Shown: piece after piece, positions 44,201 through 51,882 of the stretch
Layout: each line of letters begins with the position of its first letter
How positions within the stretch are numbered: the first letter of the stretch is position 1
DNA from: Pseudochelatococcus sp.
GTDB lineage: Bacteria > Pseudomonadota > Alphaproteobacteria > Rhizobiales > Beijerinckiaceae
Assembly (NCBI RefSeq): GCF_050946405.1
Contig: NZ_JBMNUS010000013.1
Location: forward strand, 71,443-135,442
Direction of reading: 5' to 3'
Length of the DNA: 64,000 nucleotides
Notes under the pieces: generated by a model
What the model was told of the DNA's origin: nothing
The model's database searches: none
What the model saw: the letters and a program-made list of their open reading frames with translations, nothing else
Position numbers and translations under genes: made by a program

Positions 44201-45683
44201 CGAAATCCGCGACGTGTTCCAGAATCCGACCGTCGCGCAGTTTGCGGGCGTTCTCGCGCCGGTACGCGCGCGGGCCGATCAGGGCGCGGTTGTCGGCCCC
44301 GCGCCGCTGACGCCGGTGCAGCGCTGGTTTCTCGAAACGAGCGTGCGGCCGGACCATTTCAACCAGGCGGTGGTGTTGCATGCGGAGGCGATCGACGCGG
44401 CCGCGGCCCAGGCGGCGCTCGAAGCCGTCTGGCGTCATCACGACGCCCTGCGCGCGGTCTTCACCCATGATGGCGGCGGCTGGTCGCAGTCCCTGCTCCC
44501 GCCCGGCGAGCCGCCCCGCGTGGTGGAGATCGCAGCCGATGATCCGGCCGCCTTCGCGGAGGCGGCGCGCGCCGTACAGGCGGGTTTCCGCATCGACCGG
44601 GGGCCGCTGCTCGTGGCGGCGCTGCTGGCGCGCGGCGCGGCGACGACGGAGGATGCAGGGGGAAGCCGGCTGCTGCTCTGCGCGCACCATCTCGTGATGG
44701 ATATCGTGTCGTGGGGCATCCTGATCGAGGACTTCACGGCGGCCTACCTGGCTCATCAGGACGGCACGACGCCGCGCCTGCCGGACAAGACGGATTCCTG
44801 CCGCGACCATGCGCGGGCGCTGGAATCGATCGCGGCGCGGGTGGACTGGACCGGCCGGCTCGGCTACTGGCGCGCGCTGGAGCGGGATGCGCCGCTGCTG
44901 CCGGGCTTCGCCGGCCCGTTCCGCGTCGCGGATGCGTTCACCCTCCAGGGTGTGCTGGCCGCCGGGGTGACGGCGGCGCTGCTCGGCCCGGCCAATCACG
45001 CCTATACGACGGGAACGGAAGACCTGCTGCTCGCCGCTCTTGCTCTCGCGATCGAGCGGCATTTCAGCCGCGCCGGGGCGCTGGTGACGGTCGAGAGCCA
45101 CGGCCGCGAATACCCGCTGGCCGATCTTCTCGGCGATGGCGAGGCGCCCGACGTCACCCGCACGGTCGGCTGGTTCACGGCCTTCCATCCGTTCCGGCTG
45201 GAGGCGGCGTCCGGGATCGGCGAGACCGTGCGCGGCGTCAAGGAGGCGCTGCGCCGCGTGCCGGATCGCGGCTGGAGCCATCTCCTGATGCGGACGCTGC
45301 CGGCGGAATGGGTGGTGCCGGACCTGCGGCCGCAGATCGGCTTCAACTATCTCGGTCAGATGCGTTCGGCCCCCGCCGGCGTCGGCCCCTTCGCCGTCGA
45401 CTGGGACGCGCCCGGCGGCGCGGTGGCGGCGGATGCGCACCGTCCGCATGCGATCGACGTGCTGGCCATGGCGGTGGACGGGGAGCTGCGCGTCAGCCTC
45501 GACGTCGACGAGGCGGCGATCGGACGGGAGGCGGGCGAGGTGCTGCTGCGCCGCTTCCTCGCGGCGATCGAGGAAGTCGTCGCCCATTGCCTCGCGCGGG
45601 AAACCGCCGAGCTTACCCCGTCCGACATGACCTACGACAAGCTGTCGCTGGACGATCTCGATCGTCTGCTGCTGGCCGAATGA
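38244..45683 (+). CDS. NRPS: A-PCP-C-A(embedded methyltransferase)-PCP-E
   Basis: The start is the ATG at 38244 ([12 protein letters not shown]...), within ORF 37587..45683. Motifs are listed in the domain features below. Confidence 0.95.
   Translation: [2479 protein letters not shown]
38300..39830 (+). other. Domain: adenylation A3 (by-eye code DVRHLALLAK, not assignable)
   Basis: [67 protein letters not shown]. Confidence 0.85.
39870..40080 (+). other. Domain: PCP3
   Basis: [11 protein letters not shown]; Ser codon at 39966..39968. Confidence 0.9.
40130..41440 (+). other. Domain: condensation C5
   Basis: [16 protein letters not shown] at the start; HHIVADVWS at 40539. Confidence 0.85.
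41520..42830 (+). other. Domain: adenylation A4, N-terminal part through motif A8 (by-eye code DAATIAAVCK, Phe/Tyr-like)
   Basis: [69 protein letters not shown]. Confidence 0.85.
42831..43880 (+). other. Embedded class I SAM-methyltransferase domain with protein-arginine-methyltransferase (PRMT)-like motifs, inserted between A8 and A9 of A4
   Basis: [81 protein letters not shown]. The A domain resumes with [21 protein letters not shown]. Confidence 0.7.
43881..44000 (+). other. Domain: adenylation A4, C-terminal part (A9-A10)
   Basis: [30 protein letters not shown]. Confidence 0.8.
44050..44260 (+). other. Domain: PCP4
   Basis: [11 protein letters not shown]; Ser codon at 44148..44150. The GGDSI form is the one usually seen upstream of E domains. 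Confidence 0.9.
44290..45683 (+). other. Domain: epimerization (E), C-terminal, with a COM-donor-like tail
   Basis: E motifs [18 protein letters not shown] (44685), [38 protein letters not shown]. The tail reads [22 protein letters not shown]. Confidence 0.85.
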
Positions 45684-45723
45684 GGAGCGGAACGATGCGC
45701 GCCGGGCGGCTCGGGAGGGAGCC

Positions 45724-47364
45724 ATGAAGCTTCTGGATCTGCTGCGCAAGGAAGCGGGCATCGGCGGGCCGCGCTTCATCGGTTTCGCTGCCCTGTCGGG
45801 CCTGTCCAACGCCGCCATTCTGGCCATCATCAACCTTGCCGCCAGCAATGCGAGCGACAAGGGGGAGAATTTTCACAATCTGATCCTGTTCGGTCTCGCC
45901 ATCGCCGTCTTCGTCGTCACGCAGCGCGCGCTGATGATCGAGGTCTGCGAGAAGGTGGAGTTGCTGATCGACCGCATCCGGGTGCGGCTGATCGAGCGGG
46001 CGCGGCGGGCGGAGTTTCTGGAGCTGGAGGAGATCGGCCGTTCGGAGATCTACGCCTGCCTCACCCGCGAGACGCAGATCCTGTCGCAGGCGGCGCCCAA
46101 TGTCGTGATCGGGTTGCAGTCGGCTATCCTCGTGGTGTTCACGCTGCTTTACATGGCCTTTCTGTCGCAGACGGCCTTCTGGCTGTCGGTCGGCTTCACC
46201 GTCGTCGGCGCGATGATCCATCTGTCGCGCTCGGCGGAGGTCAAGCGCGAGCTGCGCGCCGCCTTCGAATGCGAGAACGCGCTGATCGAAAGCCTCGGCG
46301 ACATGCTCGACGGCTTCAAGGAAGTGAAGATGAGCACCGGCCGCTCCGCCGACATCGCGCACAGGATCGCGGAGATTTCGGCGCGGGTCGGCCGGATGCG
46401 AATCAGGACGCAGACGCTCTACGCGACGGATTTCGTGATGTCGCAGGTCACGTTCTTCATCATGACCGGCATCATGGTGTTCGTCGTGCCGACCATCAGC
46501 GACGCCTATATCGAGGTGGTGGTGATGACGACCACCGCGAGCCTGTTCCTGATCGGCCCGGTGTCGAACGTGGTCGGCAGCCTGCCCATCTTCTCCAACG
46601 CCAACGCCGCGGCGGAGAACGTGATGGCGCTGGAGGAGCGGCTCGGGCGCGTCAACGGCGAGGTGCGGGACGCCGGCGGCGGCTTCCCCGACTTCCGGCG
46701 GATCGCGCTCCAGGGAGCGAGTTTTTCGCACCGGCCTTCCGGCGGCGACAAGGGGTTCGCGGTCGGTCCGGTCGATTTCACGGTGGAGCGGGGAAAGACG
46801 ATCTTCCTCACCGGCGGCAACGGCTCCGGCAAGACCACGTTCATCCGCCTGCTGGTGGGGCTCTATCCGCCGGGCGGCGGCGTCATCCGCGTGGACGGCG
46901 CGCCCGTCGGCCCGGCCAATGCCGCCGATTACCGCAACCTGTTCTCCGTGATCTTCTCGGACAACCATCTGTTCACGGAGCTTTACGGCATCCCCTCCAT
47001 TGATGCCGATCAGGCGGCGGAATTGTTCGCGCTGCTCGAAATGCAGCACAAATCGCAGATCGCCGGCCGTCGCTTCACCACGGTGCGGCTTTCCGGCGGA
47101 CAGCGCAAGCGGCTCGCCCTCATCGCCGCCCTGCTGGAGAAACGGCCCGTCTGCGTGTTCGACGAATGGGCGGCGGATCAGGACCCGTATTTCCGCGAGA
47201 AATTCTACAGGATTATACTTCCGCGCCTGAAGGAAAAAGGCGTCACCGTCATCGCGATTACTCACGATGACGCCTATTTTGACATGGCCGATGTCCACAT
47301 CCACATGGACAATGGGCATCTGACCGTCGTGAAGGACGAATCCGTTCTTGAGGGAACCACCTGA
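45724..47364 (+). CDS. Cyclic-peptide export ABC transporter (SyrD/PvdE-type fused permease-ATPase)
   Basis: N-terminal MKLLDLLRKEAG..FIGFAALSGLSNAAILAIINLAA, Walker A GGNGSGKTT, LSGGQRKRLAL, and Walker B VCVFDEWAADQD. Confidence 0.9.
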   Translation: MKLLDLLRKEAGIGGPRFIGFAALSGLSNAAILAIINLAASNASDKGENFHNLILFGLAIAVFVVTQRALMIEVCEKVELLIDRIRVRLIERARRAEFLELEEIGRSEIYACLTRETQILSQAAPNVVIGLQSAILVVFTLLYMAFLSQTAFWLSVGFTVVGAMIHLSRSAEVKRELRAAFECENALIESLGDMLDGFKEVKMSTGRSADIAHRIAEISARVGRMRIRTQTLYATDFVMSQVTFFIMTGIMVFVVPTISDAYIEVVVMTTTASLFLIGPVSNVVGSLPIFSNANAAAENVMALEERLGRVNGEVRDAGGGFPDFRRIALQGASFSHRPSGGDKGFAVGPVDFTVERGKTIFLTGGNGSGKTTFIRLLVGLYPPGGGVIRVDGAPVGPANAADYRNLFSVIFSDNHLFTELYGIPSIDADQAAELFALLEMQHKSQIAGRRFTTVRLSGGQRKRLALIAALLEKRPVCVFDEWAADQDPYFREKFYRIILPRLKEKGVTVIAITHDDAYFDMADVHIHMDNGHLTVVKDESVLEGTT

Positions 47365-47401
47365 ACAGGCGGTTGCGTTTTGACGAGAGGCATGCAGGGG
47401 A

Positions 47402-50400
47402 ATGACGATCATGCTCGGGACATCGCAATGGCGTGAGGGCGGCGGAAGGTGGCTGCGCCGGTTCGCGCTCGGATCGGCCGCCGCGGCGGCGGTGACGGGA
47501 ACGGCGCTGGCCGCCGATGTTTCGCAGGTGGGGCCGGTCTTGCAGGGGTTTCTCGATGCGACGGCCTCGCAAGGCACGCTTCAGGGGGTCGCGATCGGCG
47601 TCGACCTGCCGGGTGGCGAAGGGAGCTGGTTCGGCGGGGGCGGCTATCGCGACATCGCCCGCACCGAGCCGCTCGGCGCCGACCTGCAATTCCGCATCGG
47701 CAGCGCGTCGAAGACCTTCACCGGCACGGCGGTGTTGCAGCAGGTGGATCAGGGGCTGATCGGGCTCGGCGATTCGATCGACAAATGGGTGCCCGATCTC
47801 AACGTGCCCGGCGGCGACCGGATCACCGTCGAGAACCTGCTCAGCATGACGAGCGGCATTCCCGACTATCTGGGCGCGGAGTCGATCCATAGCCCCGGTA
47901 ATACGATATTGCAGGAATGGGCCAACTTCCACGGCCCGGCCGGTTCCCACGGCAACGCCGACTACACGCCCGAGCAGCTCGTGGGCGCGGTGGTCGACAG
48001 TCTCGGGGCCAGCTTCGGGCCGGTCGGCGAGATGTTCTATTCCAACACCAATTTCGCCCTGCTCGGCATCATCGCGCAACGCGCGTCGTGCCTCGGAGCC
48101 TCCGGTTGCCGGACGATCGACGAAATGGTCAACGGCATCGCCGCTTCCATGGGGCTTGCCGACACGGTCTTTCCCGCTTCGTCCGCCTTCACGGCGCCTT
48201 ATGCGGAAACGGCGCAGGTCGTCATCGGCGACGCTTCCTATTACGGCGTTCCGCCCGGCAGCAGCTTCGACATGACCTTCCTCGATCCGCGCGTGCCGTG
48301 GGCGGCGGGCGCGGTGTTGTCGACGCCGGCGGATGAACTGAAATGGGTGCGCCAGCTCGCGACCAACAGCGACGGGCTGCTGTCGGCGCAGACGCAGGCC
48401 GAGCGTGTCGGCGTGGCGGAGCCCGGCGAGGTGAGCGGCGTGCCGGTGTTCTACGGCCTCGCCCTCTATGCCATGCCCGGCGTGGGGAGCGGCACCTATC
48501 TGACCGGCCACAGCGGGCTGATCGGCGGCGACACGGCGTCGCTGTTCTACAATCCGGCGCTGGACGTGGCCTATGCCGTCAATTTTCTCGGCTATCAGGC
48601 CAATGCATTGCCATGGTTTCCGCTCTACGGCGCCTCCGACGCCCTGGGCCGTTACGTTTATGCGGGAAGGGAAGGGGGCAATTACAGCTCCGTCATGATC
48701 CTGTGGGCGCTCGACCGCAACGTCACGCTGGCGCTCACCGCGCAGGGCTCGTGCAGCTACGGGGCCGGCCCGCAGGGCGCGGGCGGCGACAGGACCTGTG
48801 CGGGCGACAGCGTGCGCACGACGCCGATCGCCGTCACTGATGGCACGCTGACCATCGCCCCGTCCCACCTGACCATGGGCAATTACTACATCGATCCCGT
48901 CACCGGCGCCGTTTCGCTGGCGCAGGTGGCGCGGCCGAGCCTTGCGATGTTCGGCAGCCATTCCGCCGCGGTGGCGTTGCAGGGCGGGGCCTCGCTCGTG
49001 CTGCCGCAAGGGGCGACGGCCGAGCTGTGGGGCACGAACTCCGCCACCGTCAGCATGACCGGCGCGGACAATGCCGCGCACATCGGCGGCACGCTTCTCA
49101 CCTACGGCGTGGATTCGGTGGCGGTGCGGATTATGGGCGACCGCAACCGGGTGAACGTGCTGCCGACCGGCGCTGTGGTCGGCGCCAGCGCGCCCGCCAT
49201 CGCCATGAGCGGCCGCGACAACGCCGCCGTCATCGGCGGCAGCGTGACGACCTACGGCCACGGCATCGAGCGGATCGCCATCGCGGGCGAAGGCGGCGGC
49301 AATCGCGTGGAGGTGGAGCCCACCGGCTATGTCGGCGGCGACATCGCGCTCGCCGGCGACGGCAACCGGGTGAGGGTCGACGGCATCGTCTCGGGCCATG
49401 TGCCGATGGCGGGAGGCGACGCGGTGCTGAGCGGCGAGGGCGTGATCACCGGCGTCGTGGGCGGCGGCGGCACGGTGGCGCCGGGCAATGGCATCGGCAC
49501 GCTTACCGTCGGCGGCTATGCCGGGCGCGATACCCGGCTGATGATCGAGACCGGGCCGGGCGGCGCGAGCGACCTGCTCGCGGTGGCTGGCCCCGCTTCC
49601 CTGACCGGCGGCAGCCTGCATGTCACGCCGCCGCCGGCGGCGGCGAGCGGCATCTACAATGTCCTCTCCGCCGGCGCGGTGGAAGGGGCGTTCGCCGCCG
49701 CCACCACCGGCGGCCGCGTGGGCCTTGGCGTGCAATACACGCCGACGGCGGTCAATGTCGCGGCGGTCAACCCCTTCCTGTTCGATGCGGCGGTGCGCAC
49801 CGGCGCGGCCGATACCCTGCGCAATCTCGACCTGTTCGAGGAGCGGGCGGCGGCGTTCGCCGCTTCAGCTACTTCCGCCGCGCCGGCCGGTGCGGCACGT
49901 GGGCCTGCCGCCGGCGCGCAGGCCGAAAACCTGAAGGAATGGTTCTCGCGGCGCGGCGCGTCGGCGGCGGGTTCCCGCGCGGCGGGGGCGGCGGTCTGGG
50001 CTTCGGCCTACGGCGCCTTCGACCGCCATGCCGCGGATGGGCCGGTGCCGACCATCGCGTCGGAGGGCGGCGGCGTCGCGGTGGGCGCCGATGCCGAACC
50101 CCTGCCCGGCCTGCTTGTGGGCGCGATGGGCGCCTACAGCCGCACCCAGGCGACGACGCCGGCGAATCCGGGAATGAAGTTCTCCTCCGACGCCTACAAG
50201 GCCGGCGTCTACGGCGCTTACGAGGCCGGGCGCGTGCTGTTCAGCGCCTCGCTGCTCGCCGGCCGGGGCGACGACACCACCACGCGCGCGGTGGAATCGG
50301 GAGCGCTCGCCGGTGTGGCGCAGGGCAGCTTCGACGATTTCCGCCTCGCCGCCCGCGTGGGGGCGCGCGCGACCTTCGATGTGGGCGCGGGCGTGCGCCT

Positions 50401-50836
50401 GACGCCGCGCGCCGCCGTCACGCTGCTGCGGATCGAGCAGGACGCCCATCGCGAGATCGGCGGCATTCCGGGCTACGGCTTCGGCATCGGCATCGGGGCA
50501 AGCACGTATGAACAGGTGCGGTCCGAGGCATCCCTTGCGGTTGCGAAGACTTTCGACGTTTCCCTGGGCGGCTGGAGCGGCCGGCTCACGGGCGAGCTTC
50601 GCGCCGGCCTCGCGCGCGACATCGTGCTGAAGAGCGCGAACGGATGGGTCGACGTGCCCGGTTTCAGCCCCGTCGTCACCGGCGGCTTCAAGCGGAACGC
50701 CTGGGTGATGCCGGTCGGCGGCCGGCTGGAGCTGGCGGCGAGCGACTCGCTCTCCGTCTTCGCCGCCTACGATGGCGCGTTCTCCAGCCTCGGTGGCGTC
50801 AATACGGTGCGCGGCGGCTTACACTGGCGTTTCTGA
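47402..50836 (+). CDS. Autotransporter with a beta-lactamase-fold (S12 / class C / family VIII esterase-like) serine hydrolase passenger
   Basis: Signal peptide ...AAAVTGTALAADV. SxxK = SASK (Ser at 47702), YSN (48038), HSG (48509). Passenger repeats such as GNGIGTLTVGGYAG lie near 49490. The C-terminal beta-barrel (about 49990-50836) ends in GGLHWRF. Confidence 0.85.
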   Translation: MTIMLGTSQWREGGGRWLRRFALGSAAAAAVTGTALAADVSQVGPVLQGFLDATASQGTLQGVAIGVDLPGGEGSWFGGGGYRDIARTEPLGADLQFRIGSASKTFTGTAVLQQVDQGLIGLGDSIDKWVPDLNVPGGDRITVENLLSMTSGIPDYLGAESIHSPGNTILQEWANFHGPAGSHGNADYTPEQLVGAVVDSLGASFGPVGEMFYSNTNFALLGIIAQRASCLGASGCRTIDEMVNGIAASMGLADTVFPASSAFTAPYAETAQVVIGDASYYGVPPGSSFDMTFLDPRVPWAAGAVLSTPADELKWVRQLATNSDGLLSAQTQAERVGVAEPGEVSGVPVFYGLALYAMPGVGSGTYLTGHSGLIGGDTASLFYNPALDVAYAVNFLGYQANALPWFPLYGASDALGRYVYAGREGGNYSSVMILWALDRNVTLALTAQGSCSYGAGPQGAGGDRTCAGDSVRTTPIAVTDGTLTIAPSHLTMGNYYIDPVTGAVSLAQVARPSLAMFGSHSAAVALQGGASLVLPQGATAELWGTNSATVSMTGADNAAHIGGTLLTYGVDSVAVRIMGDRNRVNVLPTGAVVGASAPAIAMSGRDNAAVIGGSVTTYGHGIERIAIAGEGGGNRVEVEPTGYVGGDIALAGDGNRVRVDGIVSGHVPMAGGDAVLSGEGVITGVVGGGGTVAPGNGIGTLTVGGYAGRDTRLMIETGPGGASDLLAVAGPASLTGGSLHVTPPPAAASGIYNVLSAGAVEGAFAAATTGGRVGLGVQYTPTAVNVAAVNPFLFDAAVRTGAADTLRNLDLFEERAAAFAASATSAAPAGAARGPAAGAQAENLKEWFSRRGASAAGSRAAGAAVWASAYGAFDRHAADGPVPTIASEGGGVAVGADAEPLPGLLVGAMGAYSRTQATTPANPGMKFSSDAYKAGVYGAYEAGRVLFSASLLAGRGDDTTTRAVESGALAGVAQGSFDDFRLAARVGARATFDVGAGVRLTPRAAVTLLRIEQDAHREIGGIPGYGFGIGIGASTYEQVRSEASLAVAKTFDVSLGGWSGRLTGELRAGLARDIVLKSANGWVDVPGFSPVVTGGFKRNAWVMPVGGRLELAASDSLSVFAAYDGAFSSLGGVNTVRGGLHWRF

Positions 50837-51586
50837 CCGGGTGTTTCCGAGCCGCATATGCGCGAGGACTTGCGCGTGAAACTCGTCCGCGTTCTCGCGC
50901 AGGAAGAAGTGCCCGCCCGCGATCGTCACCAGCTCGAAACCATCGCCCGCGACCGCCGCCCAGCCGGCGATCTCGCGCGGCGAGACGAGCGGATCGTCCG
51001 CGCCGGCGAAGGCGACGACCGGACAGGTCAGGCGCTCGACCGGAAAGGGCAGGGACGTTTCCGCCAGGGCGAAATCCGCCCTGAGCGTGCGCTCGAACAA
51101 TTCTCGGAACTCCGCGTTGCGCACGATTTCCTCCGGCGTGCCGTTGTAGGAGGACAGCCGGCGCCAGAATTCTTCGGAAGGCAGGTCATGCAGCGGCGGC
51201 ATGCGGGGCGGGGCGCCGGGAGGGCGATGCGCGGCGACCATGACGCAGGCGGGCGCGGGAAGACCGAGACGATCCGCCGCCCGCGCGAGACAATAGGCGA
51301 CGCGCGCGCCAAGCGAGTAGCCGAGCAGGACGTAGGGACGATCGAGCAGCGGCGTGAGCGCCTCGATGAGGCGCGCCAGCAGGAGGGGCATCGAGGCAAT
51401 GGGGGTCTCCGAAAAGCGGCTTTCGCGGCCGGGGAACTGCGCGGGCAGGACTTCGAGCCGCTCATGAGCGCGCGCATGCGCCCGCAATCCGGCGAAGGCG
51501 GATACGCCGCCACCCGCGAAGGGCAGACAGATCAGCCGCATGGCAGGGCGACCCGTACCCCCGGCGGCGGGAAACCAACGGCGCAT
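50819..51586 (-). CDS. Type II thioesterase (GrsT/TEII family alpha/beta hydrolase)
   Basis: RLICLPFAGGG, GYSLGARVAYCLA (GxSxG), and a C-terminal GGHFFL. The start is uncertain (ORF extends to 51703; the Met at 51586 gives a typical length of about 255 aa). Confidence 0.85.
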   Translation of the reverse strand: MRRWFPAAGGTGRPAMRLICLPFAGGGVSAFAGLRAHARAHERLEVLPAQFPGRESRFSETPIASMPLLLARLIEALTPLLDRPYVLLGYSLGARVAYCLARAADRLGLPAPACVMVAAHRPPGAPPRMPPLHDLPSEEFWRRLSSYNGTPEEIVRNAEFRELFERTLRADFALAETSLPFPVERLTCPVVAFAGADDPLVSPREIAGWAAVAGDGFELVTIAGGHFFLRENADEFHAQVLAHMRLGNTRSETPV

Positions 51587-51882
51587 GGCCGCAGCAGAGA
51601 CGGACGGTTCCGCTCCTTCTTCGCCAGCAGCGGTAATGTCTCTCTCCATTGCCATCATGTCTTCGGGGTATCGGATCGTGCGCATTATTATAGCAGGCGA
51701 CAAAGGTATAGCTCTCGACTCCGATGGTCAACTATGATAGGTGTAGGATATTACTTTCATGAAATAGAAAGTGTTCTGGACAGTGTGCGCCGGTTGCGTC
51801 GGGGCGGGGCCTGAAAGCGGTGGGCGGTGGACTGTCACGGTTGCGAATTCCATCTCGTTTCATACTCCCGGAGGAGAGCATC

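Noticed and set aside
21808-45860. Giant antisense ORFs (21808..28077, 30373..38223 and 38097..45860, minus strand; up to 2,616 aa), plus many 60-500 aa ORFs in other frames across the NRPS genes.
   Set aside because: Their translations are Arg/Ala/Gly/Pro-rich low-complexity strings with no recognisable motifs. The plus-strand frames carry complete, ordered PKS/NRPS catalytic motifs. These are typical stop-codon-poor shadow frames of very GC-rich DNA.
47402-48700. The idea that the beta-lactamase-fold protein is a SurE/PBP-type offloading cyclase for the E-terminated NRPS.
   Set aside because: The protein has a signal peptide and an autotransporter beta-barrel, so its hydrolase domain should be extracellular and cannot reach a cytoplasmic PCP. 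The pathway also has its own TE domain in the termination module. An extracellular maturation or hydrolysis role is kept as the working hypothesis instead.
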